Shown one piece after another: positions 7,319 through 17,044 of a DNA stretch of 39,421 nt. The position numbers and the translations under genes are program-made. Within the stretch, counting starts at the first letter, position 1. The number at the start of each line of letters is the position of its first letter. Under the pieces are notes generated by a model. It did no database searches. It was not told the origin of the DNA and saw nothing but the letters and a program-made list of their open reading frames with translations. The stretch comes from a virus: positions 1 to 39,421 of the IMG/VR virus record IMGVR_UViG_3300026991_000009. The stretch is one strand, 5' to 3'.

Positions 7319-9219
7319 GCGAACACGAATCTGACGACCAGAAGGTATCGGTCAACGTCGAGGGGATCGGTGGTGGCAGTGGCGCACTCTCCAAGGCGGA
7401 GAACAGCACGCAGCTGGCCGAGCGCCGCATCCAGCGCCTGGGGAAGGGCATCAAGCCGCCGTACAACCCCGACCGGCTGGCTTCCTTCCTCGAACTCAAC
7501 GAGACGCACGCGACAGCCGTCCGCAAGAAGGCGCGCTACGAGGTGGGCTTCGGCTTCGACATCGTCCCCCAGGAGGACGTCGAACCCGATGAGGCCAGTG
7601 ACGAGGAACGGGAGACGGTCACCCAGTTCTGGCGGGGCCGCGACTCGCGCTGGTTGACCGGGCCGCACCAGTCGGCCGAACCCACCACGCCGGAGGAAGT
7701 GAAGGAACTCGCCCGACAGGACTACCACTCTATCGGGTGGGCCTGCCTGGAGATCCTGGCCAACGCGGAGGGCGAGCCGGTCGGCCTTGCCCACGTGCCG
7801 GCGAACACGGTCCGCGTTCGGAAGCCCCAGTCCGGGGAGGAAGACGAGCGAGCCATCGGGCACGACGCGCCGAAGGACTTCGAGGCGCGGGGCTACGTCC
7901 AGATACGCGACGGTCGGCGCCGGTTCTTCGGCGTCGCCGGCGACCGATACCGTGGCCAGGGCGAGGGCGACTCTCGCGAACCCCTCTTCGTCGACAAGAA
8001 GAACGGCGACGTCGTTCGTGGGAGTGCGGAGGAGCTGGACAACGGGCCCGCGAACGAACTCATCTTCATCCGGAACCCCAGTCCGCTCGAACAGGAGTAC
8101 GGCATCCCGGACTGGGTGTCGGCCATCCGAACCATCTCCGCGGACGAGGCGGCGAAGGACTACAACCGCGAGTTCTTCGACAACGACACCATCCCGCGGC
8201 TGGTCATCAAGGTGACTGGCGGGGAGCTTACTGAGGAGTCCAAGAAGGACCTCAAGCAGATGCTCCACGGGCTTCGCGAGGAGTCTCACCGGACGGTCGT
8301 CCTCGAGGTCGAGAAGTTCCAGCAGCAACTCGACGAGGACGTCGAGATCGAACTCGAACCGCTGGGGCAGGGCATCAGCGAGGAGATGGACTTCCGGGAG
8401 TTCCGGGAGAAGAACGAGCACGAGATCGCGAAGGTCCACGAGGTGCCGCCGCTCCTCATCGGCGTGACGGAGACGTCGAACCGGAGCAACTCCCAGGAGC
8501 AGGTGCGCGACTTTGCGACGAACGTCATCGCGCCGGAGCAGCACAAGTTCGCCGAGCGGCTCTACCAGATCATCCACCAGCAGGCGTTCGGCGTCTCGGA
8601 CTGGACCATCGAGTACGAGCTGCGCGGCGCCGACCAGCCCAAGGAAGAGGCGGCCATCGCCCGCCAGAAGATTCAGGCTGTCCGGGGCGCCATCCCGGTA
8701 AACCGGGCGCTGGAGATGATCGGCGAGGATCCGCTCCCCGACGACCACGAGGTCGACGGCGACACGCTCGTCTCTCAGGTCGGGCAGGACCCCACTGGCG
8801 GGCAGCCAAACGGAGGCCGTCCGGGCGGTGACGCGGCCGTCGATGCCCACTGCCCGCCGCCGGAGAACAAGATCGGCGAGCGTGACTGGGCCGACGTCGA
8901 GGCCGACCTCGCCCAGAAGGACCCGCTCGAACAGACGCAGTTCTCCAGTTCGAACCTCGACGAGGGCCTCTACGACTTCGGCGAGCAGGAACTCTATCTC
9001 TCGTTCAAGCGCGAGGACGGAACGAACTCCCTGTACGCGTACGTGGACGTCCCGGCGACGGAGTGGTCCGGGCTGGTGAACGCCTCCAGTCACGGGAGCT
9101 ACCACTACGATAGCATCCGGCTGGAGTACCCCTACATCGAGATCACCAACTTCCACGACCGCCTGCCGGAGGGGCCAAGCCCCGACCCGGAGGACGTCCC
9201 CGACGACATCCCGACGTAG
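7315..9219 (+). CDS. Portal protein with C-terminal KTSC-like domain
   Basis: Follows terL; portal motifs (YGIPDW, YNREFFDNDTIP, IAKVHEVPPLLIG); C-terminal FSSSNLDEGLYD...ELYLSF...YAYVDVP...LVNASSHGSY...IR. Confidence 0.92.
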   Translation: MSEHESDDQKVSVNVEGIGGGSGALSKAENSTQLAERRIQRLGKGIKPPYNPDRLASFLELNETHATAVRKKARYEVGFGFDIVPQEDVEPDEASDEERETVTQFWRGRDSRWLTGPHQSAEPTTPEEVKELARQDYHSIGWACLEILANAEGEPVGLAHVPANTVRVRKPQSGEEDERAIGHDAPKDFEARGYVQIRDGRRRFFGVAGDRYRGQGEGDSREPLFVDKKNGDVVRGSAEELDNGPANELIFIRNPSPLEQEYGIPDWVSAIRTISADEAAKDYNREFFDNDTIPRLVIKVTGGELTEESKKDLKQMLHGLREESHRTVVLEVEKFQQQLDEDVEIELEPLGQGISEEMDFREFREKNEHEIAKVHEVPPLLIGVTETSNRSNSQEQVRDFATNVIAPEQHKFAERLYQIIHQQAFGVSDWTIEYELRGADQPKEEAAIARQKIQAVRGAIPVNRALEMIGEDPLPDDHEVDGDTLVSQVGQDPTGGQPNGGRPGGDAAVDAHCPPPENKIGERDWADVEADLAQKDPLEQTQFSSSNLDEGLYDFGEQELYLSFKREDGTNSLYAYVDVPATEWSGLVNASSHGSYHYDSIRLEYPYIEITNFHDRLPEGPSPDPEDVPDDIPT

Positions 9220-9297
9220 GCGATCACTGATGACCGCGGGCGCTCCCCGACGTCCCGCGCGAGGTTCGACCGGGCATCAAGGATTCTTCGACCACAC

Positions 9298-9426
9298 ATG
9301 ACTGACAAGACTACGAAGCGCGGCGAGAAGCGCGGCGTCCTCTCGACCGGTCGAGCCAAGGAGCTCGGGAAGACGAAGGACGCCGACGCTGACGCCGCCG
9401 ACGAGGACGATGAAGCGGAGGAGTAA
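9298..9426 (+). CDS. Small bipolar peptide, 42 aa
   Basis: MTDKTTKRGEKRGVLSTGRAKELGKTKDADADAADEDDEAEE; native codon usage. Confidence 0.5.
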   Translation: MTDKTTKRGEKRGVLSTGRAKELGKTKDADADAADEDDEAEE

Positions 9427-9429
9427 CGG

Positions 9430-9702
9430 ATGTTCACAAGACTGACTGATCGAGTCCTGTCGCCCCTTCTCGGCGATCGGAGGGCGAACAGCGACACACG
9501 CCATCGGCCGCGATGGTGGCCCAGGAACTTCGACAAGCGCTGGCTGGGTGAACGTCTCGCTGTAATGGACATCGCGCCGTACAAGCCACCCTACCGACGC
9601 CACATCAAGGCGAAGGCCTGGGTCTGTACGAGCGTGTTCACCCGGCACGCGATTCTCGAAGCAGACCTCGATGAGCGGACTCTGGAGGTGAACATCTACT
9701 GA
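9430..9702 (+). CDS. Hypothetical Arg/Trp-rich protein, 90 aa
   Basis: TGATG overlap with the protease gene. Confidence 0.55.
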   Translation: MFTRLTDRVLSPLLGDRRANSDTRHRPRWWPRNFDKRWLGERLAVMDIAPYKPPYRRHIKAKAWVCTSVFTRHAILEADLDERTLEVNIY

Positions 9703-11153
9703 TGCCGCCGGTAGCGAAGGCGGGCGGCCAGCAGTTCCGCAAGGACGTCGAGTTCGTCACGAAGGACGACGACGAGCAGGTCGCCGCCGGCATCGTGATG
9801 GTACCGGACAAGGCCGACCTGCAGAACGACTTTGCCCGAGAGGGCACCATCCGCGGGTTCGCCGACCAGTTCGAGACGTTCGTCGACGCCGGCGAGGCGG
9901 GCGGCGGCATCATGCACGCCGTCTTCCCGGACGACTGGATGGACCTCGAACGCAACGAGGTCCTGGACGAACCCGAGACGATCGGCGGGCGGGACGTCGA
10001 CGCCGGCGCGTGGGTTCAGGAATGGGGCATCCAGAACGACGGCCTCTGGGAGCTCATCGACGACGACATCCTGACGGGCTACTCTATCGGCGCGATCCAG
10101 GTCGACTGGGACGGTCCGTACGAACAGGACGAGGCCGACGACGTCGACACCTCGGCGATCCCCGACGACGAACTCGTCTGGGAGCTCATCGACGGTATCA
10201 TTCGCGAGGTGTCGGCGGTCGACATCCCGGCCGTGCCCGACGCGGAGATCCTCGAGACGAAGGCCGATGCGGAGAAGCGCCTGGGCGACTACGTCGGGGA
10301 CCAGGACGGGTTCATCGAGGAAGCACTTCAGCGGGGCCACTCCGAGGCCGAGGCTGAGCAGCTCTGGGACGTCTGGAACTCGGCCATGCAAGTGGAGGGA
10401 TCCGCCGAACCGGGCAACAAGGACAGCCTGCGAGAAGCAGCCAAGGCGTTCCTCGGCTCGCTCACCGGGACCGATGACGACGGCACGGACAGGAAGACGT
10501 CCGAGGCCCCGGACCAGGCGAAGGAGGGGCGGACCCTCTCGACGGCGAATCGCAACCGGCTGTTCGCGACCATCGACTCCTCGCTGGACATCCTCCAGGA
10601 CGCCAACGTCGACCACGGCATGACGCGGTTCACCGACCGCGACGACGTCGCCTTCGACCTGAGCGAGCACAGCGCTCGCACGTGGGCAGAGGACGACGAT
10701 CCCGAGGACGACGACGAGGATGAGGAAGAAGAGCCGGAGGAAGAGGACGGCAAGAACGCAGCCGGCGGCGAGACGCCGGGCGACAGCAACACCACAGACA
10801 TGAGCGACGACAACAACGACGACCCGATGGCCGACGCCCCGGAATGGGCGAAGGCCCTCAACGATCGTATCGACGACATGGAGGGAGACAAGGACGCCGG
10901 CGGCGAGCCGGACGACCCGCTCGACGACGCACCCGAGTGGGCGAAGGGTCTCGCCGAGCGCGTCGACGAGATCGAAGAGAAGGCCCTCGACGACGACAGC
11001 GAGGAGGAGATGCCCGAGTGGGCGAAGGAACTCGAAGCGCGCATCGACACTATCTCGCAGCAGAGCGGCGTGTCGACGCAACTCGAAGCCGGCGCCGAGA
11101 CCGAAGAGGACGAGGAAAGCGGACTCGGGGGCCTGGGGAAGGCCCTCTCCTGA
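9702..11153 (+). CDS. XkdF-like prohead protease fused to an acidic scaffold region
   Basis: QVAAGIVMVPDKADLQND...MHAVF...W...GYSIG; three C-terminal PEWAK repeats; lies between portal and capsid. Confidence 0.85.
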   Translation: MPPVAKAGGQQFRKDVEFVTKDDDEQVAAGIVMVPDKADLQNDFAREGTIRGFADQFETFVDAGEAGGGIMHAVFPDDWMDLERNEVLDEPETIGGRDVDAGAWVQEWGIQNDGLWELIDDDILTGYSIGAIQVDWDGPYEQDEADDVDTSAIPDDELVWELIDGIIREVSAVDIPAVPDAEILETKADAEKRLGDYVGDQDGFIEEALQRGHSEAEAEQLWDVWNSAMQVEGSAEPGNKDSLREAAKAFLGSLTGTDDDGTDRKTSEAPDQAKEGRTLSTANRNRLFATIDSSLDILQDANVDHGMTRFTDRDDVAFDLSEHSARTWAEDDDPEDDDEDEEEEPEEEDGKNAAGGETPGDSNTTDMSDDNNDDPMADAPEWAKALNDRIDDMEGDKDAGGEPDDPLDDAPEWAKGLAERVDEIEEKALDDDSEEEMPEWAKELEARIDTISQQSGVSTQLEAGAETEEDEESGLGGLGKALS

Positions 11154-11165
11154 GGTGAGCACTAC

Positions 11166-12197
11166 ATGAGCAACACTACCATCGACGCAGTGCGACAGCA
11201 GAACCAGCAGGCTACCCTCTCGCAGAAGGACGTCGACCTCGCGACGCTCGACGGCTTCCAGCTCCCCTCGGACGTCACCGAGGAGTTCCTGGAGCGGATG
11301 CAGAAGGAGGTCAACATCCTCGGGATGGCCGACACCATGACGCTCGCGCGTCTGGAGCAGGAAGTCCCGCAGTTCGGCGTGCCGCTGCTCTCGGGCAACC
11401 AGCGCTCGGAGGAAGCATCCCGAACGACGAACTCCGGGGTCGACTCGGGGCACGTCAAGTTCAACGCGACGGACAAGAGCTACTACATCCTCGTCGAGCC
11501 GACCCGCGACGCGCTCAAGAACACGCACTACGGGCCGGACCAGTTCGGCGACTACATCGTCGACCAGTTCGTCCAGCGGTGGGGGAACGACGTCGGCCTC
11601 ATCGGCATCCGCGCGAACGCGGACAGCGGCAACCTCCAGGCCATCGGCGGCGACGCGTCGCTCGACAGCACCTGGAACGGCTGGATTGCCATCGCCGAAG
11701 GCGAGGACAGCGCCTCCGACCGCATCGGGCTGGAGAACACGGCCGGCGGCGAACTGACGACGATGCCGGAGGTCGACATGGCCTCCGCGGCGCCGGACAC
11801 GCAGATGTTCAACGACACGATCCAGAAGCTGGATTCGCGCTACCGCGACCCCGACGACGTGGTCTTCCTCATGTCGCCGGACAAGGTCCAGGAGTACGTC
11901 TTCTCGCTGACCGAGCGCGAGGACCCGCTGGGCAGCGCCGTCGTCTTCGGCGAGTCCGACATCACGCCGTTCAGCTACGACGTCGTCGGCGTGAACGGCT
12001 GGCCGGACAGCTACGCCATGCTCACGAACCCCGACAACCTGGCGTTCGGGCTGTTCGAGAACATGGAACTCGACCAGACGACCGACACGGACAAGGTCCA
12101 CGAGGACCGCCTCCACTCGCGCAACTGGATGGAAGGGCAGTTCGACTTCCAGATCAAGGAGCTCCAGGCTGGCGCTCTCGTGACGAACATCGGGTGA
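11166..12197 (+). CDS. Major capsid protein (HK97-like)
   Basis: 343 aa after protease; GFQLPSDVTEEFLERMQ, DVVFLMSP, MLTNPDNLAFG; ggtga SD-like sequence upstream. Confidence 0.9.
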   Translation: MSNTTIDAVRQQNQQATLSQKDVDLATLDGFQLPSDVTEEFLERMQKEVNILGMADTMTLARLEQEVPQFGVPLLSGNQRSEEASRTTNSGVDSGHVKFNATDKSYYILVEPTRDALKNTHYGPDQFGDYIVDQFVQRWGNDVGLIGIRANADSGNLQAIGGDASLDSTWNGWIAIAEGEDSASDRIGLENTAGGELTTMPEVDMASAAPDTQMFNDTIQKLDSRYRDPDDVVFLMSPDKVQEYVFSLTEREDPLGSAVVFGESDITPFSYDVVGVNGWPDSYAMLTNPDNLAFGLFENMELDQTTDTDKVHEDRLHSRNWMEGQFDFQIKELQAGALVTNIG

Positions 12198-12203
12198 TCC
12201 CCG

Positions 12204-12563
12204 ATGACTGAACCCACCACGAACGCCCGGGTCCGCGACTACTTCGAGGGCACGGGCGGTTCGTACGCCGAGACGCTATCGCCGGGCAACGGCGCTGCGG
12301 TGGCGCCGAGCGAAGACACACGCACGGCCGTCGTCACCGCCGACGGAACGAACACGGTCGACCTCTCGAACAACGAGCGCGAGGGGCACGAGGTCACGGT
12401 CGTCCACAACGGCGGTGCGAACACGCCGACGATCGCCTTCGATGACGCTGACTTCGTCGGCACCGGGCCGGCCAACATGACCAGCGCCGGGGCCACCGCG
12501 ACGGTTCGCAACATCGACGGGACGGCCGCCGGCTGGGTCGTCACCGGAACGGGGAGTGCCTGA
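12204..12563 (+). CDS. Putative head decoration/minor virion protein
   Basis: Thr/Ala/Gly-rich, beta-type 119-aa ORF directly after the capsid gene. Confidence 0.6.
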   Translation: MTEPTTNARVRDYFEGTGGSYAETLSPGNGAAVAPSEDTRTAVVTADGTNTVDLSNNEREGHEVTVVHNGGANTPTIAFDDADFVGTGPANMTSAGATATVRNIDGTAAGWVVTGTGSA

Positions 12564-12565
12564 CC

Positions 12566-12871
12566 ATGCCTCGGGTTGAGAAGACCAGGGGCGGTCGGGT
12601 GTACATCCGCCCGCTCGACGAGGAGTTCATGGTCGGAGACCAGGCAACTGTCGGTGACGATCTCGCGAGCCATCTCGTCGACGAGCGCGGCGACTTCGAG
12701 GTGGTCGACGACGCCGGCGATGGCGACGGCGGCCAAGAGGACGAGCCGCCCGACGAACAAGTGGACGGAGACGATGAGGACGTCGAGATCTGCGGCGAAG
12801 AGATGAGCGACGGCGAGGTCTGCGAGCGACCGGCCGACGAGTGCCCCTATCACGGCGACGAGGAGGACTGA
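12566..12871 (+). CDS. Hypothetical acidic protein with C-terminal Cys/His knuckle
   Basis: CGEEMSDGEVCERPADECPYH. Confidence 0.7.
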   Translation: MPRVEKTRGGRVYIRPLDEEFMVGDQATVGDDLASHLVDERGDFEVVDDAGDGDGGQEDEPPDEQVDGDDEDVEICGEEMSDGEVCERPADECPYHGDEED

Positions 12872-12874
12872 CGC

Positions 12875-13177
12875 ATGGGCCGTTCCGCCAACGAGACCAT
12901 CGACATCGAGACCGCTGGGAACAGCGTCTCCGTCGAGCTGGGCGGCGCGACGATCGTGTCGCTACACATCCGCGGCGACGCCGCAGCATCCTACCAGTGG
13001 GACGCGAAACCCCGGGGAGGTAGCTGGGTCCAGAACATCGGGACGGAACACTCGGGCAGTAGCGACTACGACGAGGTCTTCGAGACTGGTGTCGAGGAGG
13101 TTCGTGTTCGCTGTTCCAGCGGGACTGGTAGCGCCGGCGACTCTGCCAACATCTACCTCTCGGCCGGCGGCGGGTGA
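12875..13177 (+). CDS. Hypothetical virion protein
   Basis: 100-aa beta-rich ORF in the head-tail operon. Confidence 0.7.
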   Translation: MGRSANETIDIETAGNSVSVELGGATIVSLHIRGDAAASYQWDAKPRGGSWVQNIGTEHSGSSDYDEVFETGVEEVRVRCSSGTGSAGDSANIYLSAGGG

Positions 13178-13186
13178 CATCAACAC

Positions 13187-14053
13187 ATGGCTACAGGCTA
13201 CTGCACCGTCGAGGACGTCCGCCGAGCGCTGCGGAAGGCCAAACTTCCGGGCGACGTCGGCCAGGACCGCGACATCGCCATCGACGCGATCGCCTCCCGG
13301 ACCGAGTGGCTGGAGAAGACCATCTCCCGCCACTGGTACGAACCCAGCGGAATCACCGAGGACGATGATGACCTCATCCCGACGAGCCCGAAGACGCGGG
13401 ACGACGAGCACGACATCCAGACTCACGGGGCGCTCGTCGACGGCGCGAGCGAGCGCGAGCGGTATCGCTACTCGCGCAACTCCGATGCGCTGCTGGAAGC
13501 AGGCCCGCGGCACGACCGGCAGCGCCGTCAGGACCTCCGCCGCGAGCCGAAAGAGGAGATCCGCCTCGCCTTCGGCGAACTCTGGGACGACACCGTCCCG
13601 GCGTATACGCGCATCACCCTCGCCCGGAAAGACGCCGACGCAATCAACGAGCTCTCGGTCGTGAACGCCGACGGCGGGTTCGACGACTGGGTCGGCAGCA
13701 ACGACTACGACGGCGGCGTCGGCAACACCCACCGCGGCGAGGACTACTGGGTGCGCGTCAACAACGGCGGCGTGTCCGAGCTGTACCTGGACGTCCACGC
13801 GATGGACGATGACCTCGTCTCGCTATCGAACGCGGTGTACGTCGACCTCGATTACGGCCACGAGGGCATCCCGCGCAACGTCCGCCGGGCGGTCGCGTTC
13901 CTCGCCGGGTCGGACCTCGTCGAGGAGGCGGTCATCGAGATCCCCGACAACGCGACGCTCTACAACGTCGACACCAAGGCCGAGGAGATGCGCTCGAAGG
14001 CGGAGGAACTGCTCGACGTCTACCACGAGGGCGACCTCGGGATCAACCAGTGA
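13187..14053 (+). CDS. Head-tail adaptor/connector
   Basis: N-terminal YCTVEDVRRAL and C-terminal YGHEGIPRNVRRAVAFLA, typical of adaptor proteins. Confidence 0.8.
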   Translation: MATGYCTVEDVRRALRKAKLPGDVGQDRDIAIDAIASRTEWLEKTISRHWYEPSGITEDDDDLIPTSPKTRDDEHDIQTHGALVDGASERERYRYSRNSDALLEAGPRHDRQRRQDLRREPKEEIRLAFGELWDDTVPAYTRITLARKDADAINELSVVNADGGFDDWVGSNDYDGGVGNTHRGEDYWVRVNNGGVSELYLDVHAMDDDLVSLSNAVYVDLDYGHEGIPRNVRRAVAFLAGSDLVEEAVIEIPDNATLYNVDTKAEEMRSKAEELLDVYHEGDLGINQ

Positions 14054-14535
14054 AGCTGGAAGCCGACTTCGAGCAGAAGGCTCGCGAGGCGCTCCTGGAC
14101 GATGTCCAGACGACGCTCGTGGGCGAACAGGCCAACCTCATCTACGAGTTCGTCGAGCTCGTCCACACCAACCTGCGAGCCTACGGGCAGCGACATGGCT
14201 ACGATGTCGAGTCCACGATCGACTCGCTTGGCCAGCCCGAAGTCGACCGGTCGACGAACACAATTTCCGTCACGATCGGCTGGGAGTCCGAGCAAATGGG
14301 CCGCTGGGAGTTCGGGGTCAGCCCGCACACCATCGACGGCGACCCGCTGCTGAGCTTCGTCTGGGAGAATCCGCCGCAGTGGGTTCGCCAGGAGTTCGAC
14401 CAGGCACGGACCGGCGGCGGCCAGTTCGCCTCGGGCTGGCGCGTGTTCTTCCAGTCTGTCGACCACCCCGGCATCCCCGAGTCACGGGCGATCCGTGATG
14501 CGATGAACGGCCTTCGCAGAGTGATCCAAGCATGA
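14050..14535 (+). CDS. Neck/tail-completion protein (GTG start)
   Basis: Position; EFGVSPHTI and VDHPGIP motifs resemble HK97 gp10-like proteins. Confidence 0.65.
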   Translation: MKLEADFEQKAREALLDDVQTTLVGEQANLIYEFVELVHTNLRAYGQRHGYDVESTIDSLGQPEVDRSTNTISVTIGWESEQMGRWEFGVSPHTIDGDPLLSFVWENPPQWVRQEFDQARTGGGQFASGWRVFFQSVDHPGIPESRAIRDAMNGLRRVIQA

Positions 14536-15062
14536 GCAATCCAGAAGTCGACTGGGTACTCGCCCAGCTGGCCAGCGTCGTCACCGACGTCGGCAACAAC
14601 TACACGGCTCGGAACGGCGACCCGGTGACGGTCAAACGCGTCGACCGTGACGAGAGTGACGTCCTCGAGGACGGCGTCCGCGATCTCGAAAACGAACTCC
14701 AGCAAGGGTGCTACCTGGGAGCGACGCTGGCCGACGTCGTCTCCGACCCGATCGGCACCGAGTACGATCACGCCAGAGAGGCCGTCGTCGGGCTGCGAGT
14801 CGTTGGCCTCCACAACTCCGAATGGGGTCACGTCGACGAGGATGGCACCGACGGCGTCCCGTGGCGCAACGGTAGTGATGGCCTGGTCGACCGGGTTCGG
14901 ACGGCGCTGCTGTCTGAGCGGACCTGGCCTGACGCTGGCGGGGCGAACGTATCGTACACGGACCTACAGTTCACGAACGAATCGCCGCAGTCCAGCAACT
15001 ATCAGGACTTCTACCGCTGGGACGTCGACGTCGTCTTCGACGGCTTCGAGACGTTGCCCTGA
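14532..15062 (+). CDS. Putative tail terminator protein
   Basis: 176 aa, last neck gene, ATGA-coupled. Confidence 0.6.
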   Translation: MSNPEVDWVLAQLASVVTDVGNNYTARNGDPVTVKRVDRDESDVLEDGVRDLENELQQGCYLGATLADVVSDPIGTEYDHAREAVVGLRVVGLHNSEWGHVDEDGTDGVPWRNGSDGLVDRVRTALLSERTWPDAGGANVSYTDLQFTNESPQSSNYQDFYRWDVDVVFDGFETLP

Positions 15063-15092
15063 CGCGGCCTTTTCATTACGGAAACAGATACC

Positions 15093-17000
15093 ATGGGAGA
15101 CACTATAGACCGCATCCCCAACACGATAGAGTCGCGCCGCAAGCACCCGCGAATCCCCGAGCAGGGTGACAACTACTACCTCGAAACCCCTGACCTCGCC
15201 GTCATCGGTGGCGAACTGGTCATCTCGGGCGGGTCGTTCGTCGTGTTGGATACCAGTTCGGACGAGGTCGTCCTCGTCGAGCTGGACGCGCGGGCAGCGG
15301 AGAGTGCGATCTCCCTCTCCGGCAGCGGTACGTCCGACGTCTGGTACGACGTCGATGGGCGGTCGGTCGTCGTCGGCAGCAACCCCGGCGCGCCGTCGTT
15401 TCGACTCGGTTCAGTTGACTTGGATGTGGAGACCGCGACGGTCGGCGGAGAGAACCCGGAGTACACTCTGGCGGCGTTACAGACAGACTCCATCAAGAAC
15501 ATCGTGGACCACGTCGCCGGGACCGACAAGGACCTCCCGACTGTCGTCAACGACGACGCCGTCAGTGGAGACCGAATTTTCGTCGGGCCTGGGACGCATG
15601 AAGTCGGCGCGGTATCTAACTTCAAGGACGATCTGGAGATCGTTTGTGCTGGTCGCCATCTGACGACGATTCGACGGACAGCGCCCGTCAAGATTTTTGA
15701 TGCTCTGGACGTGGATGGGTGGTCGCTGACGGGTTGCACGCTCGACGGCAACGAGGCAAACGTCCAAGACACGGGCATTCCGAACCTCAGCATTCGAGGG
15801 AGTAGTTCGGACTGGGATGTCAACTCCGTCATCAGTCGCGACCTGTACGAACAGGATGCTGGTGGCGGGGCGAACCACTCGTTCTCGGTACGCCCAGCGG
15901 ACGGTAATGCGCCCTCTGCCGGTACATTTAGAGAATGTTCGGCCATCAACTACGGTGACGACGGCTGGTCGATTATCGCCAACGTCGGCGGAACACCGAA
16001 ACCGACCGACATCGACATCATCGACCCATTCATCGACGGGAGCGGGACTACCAACAGCACAACTCACACGGGTATCGAACTGGAACACGGAGTGAACAGT
16101 ATTAGTGTGCGCGGTGGCCGAATCTTCGGGACCTACGGCCCTGCCATCATCTGCGAAAGCACTGGAACGGACGACGACGCGAACGCTCACATCGAGATTT
16201 CGGGCGTCACGATCGACCAGGAGACAAGCGCAAGCGGCGCGGCGGGGACGGCGATTCGGGTTGCCCACGGTTCTGACCCGTCCACCCACTCGCACATCAC
16301 CCTCGACGACCTGAGTATTCGCAACGTTCAGGACGGCGTTCTGGTCACGAACGCGACTGGCATCTCCGTCGACGGAACGGCCATCGAAGCAGGAGGGACA
16401 GCATGTGTCCAGGTTCGTGGGGTCGACACCTCCCGTTTCTCCGTGTCCGATACGGTACTCGTCGGGGCTGACCACGCCATCGACGCCGAAGATGCCTCTG
16501 ACATCTCCCTCAACGGTGTCCGTGGATACGACCAGACGAACTTCCCGTACAAGCTACACGCCTCACTTGGGGATGTCGACGCTGTTGACTGTGTGGCGGC
16601 TGGGTCGACTAACCAGGGATGGATCGTCGCCTGTGATGGAACGACTCTCTCCCACGTCAGAGCATACAACAACGGGTCTGATGGCTTCGAGATCAACGCC
16701 GACGACGTAGTAATCGACGTGGCGAAGGCCGTTGATAATGGTACCTACGGCTTCGACCTGAACGGTACTGATATCAGACTATCCGACTGGGAAGCCAGCG
16801 GCAACGTGCAACAGGTCAACACGGCAGGGGCGACCCGCCCGCTGCTGAACGGCGTCGGTCAGGAAAGCGCGTCTGCAGAGACGCCGACAGCGGCCAACTG
16901 GCAGATCGGAGATACCGTCGACTTCACCGACTCGGGAGACGGGTCGGGAACGGGCGTCTATCAGCTCATGCCTGACGAAACGTGGGCGACTATCGCGTAA
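15093..17000 (+). CDS. Right-handed beta-helix (pectin-lyase-like) spike/fibre, possible depolymerase
   Basis: GDRIFVGPGTHEV, LTGCTLDGN, repeated NxxxGF/DDG turns (NNGSDGFEI, DNGTYGFDL); more A/T-ending codons than neighbours. Confidence 0.8.
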   Translation: MGDTIDRIPNTIESRRKHPRIPEQGDNYYLETPDLAVIGGELVISGGSFVVLDTSSDEVVLVELDARAAESAISLSGSGTSDVWYDVDGRSVVVGSNPGAPSFRLGSVDLDVETATVGGENPEYTLAALQTDSIKNIVDHVAGTDKDLPTVVNDDAVSGDRIFVGPGTHEVGAVSNFKDDLEIVCAGRHLTTIRRTAPVKIFDALDVDGWSLTGCTLDGNEANVQDTGIPNLSIRGSSSDWDVNSVISRDLYEQDAGGGANHSFSVRPADGNAPSAGTFRECSAINYGDDGWSIIANVGGTPKPTDIDIIDPFIDGSGTTNSTTHTGIELEHGVNSISVRGGRIFGTYGPAIICESTGTDDDANAHIEISGVTIDQETSASGAAGTAIRVAHGSDPSTHSHITLDDLSIRNVQDGVLVTNATGISVDGTAIEAGGTACVQVRGVDTSRFSVSDTVLVGADHAIDAEDASDISLNGVRGYDQTNFPYKLHASLGDVDAVDCVAAGSTNQGWIVACDGTTLSHVRAYNNGSDGFEINADDVVIDVAKAVDNGTYGFDLNGTDIRLSDWEASGNVQQVNTAGATRPLLNGVGQESASAETPTAANWQIGDTVDFTDSGDGSGTGVYQLMPDETWATIA

Positions 17001-17027
17001 CACTCCGGGGCCAACTCTATCAGCTGA

Positions 17028-17044
17028 TTCTTCCTCCGCTTTTT
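17028..17044 (+). terminator. Pyrimidine/oligo-T terminator candidate
   Basis: ttcttcctccgcttttt after the spike gene. Confidence 0.4.

Noticed and set aside
9250-9280. ggttcgacc T-loop-like motif after the portal gene
   Set aside because: No 5-bp T stem or acceptor stem could be built
5432-12116. Very long antisense ORFs (5432-7267, 7309-9156, 9696-12116; also 19435-21486)
   Set aside because: Mirror frames of real high-GC genes, where stop-codon scarcity is expected; the translations lack motifs
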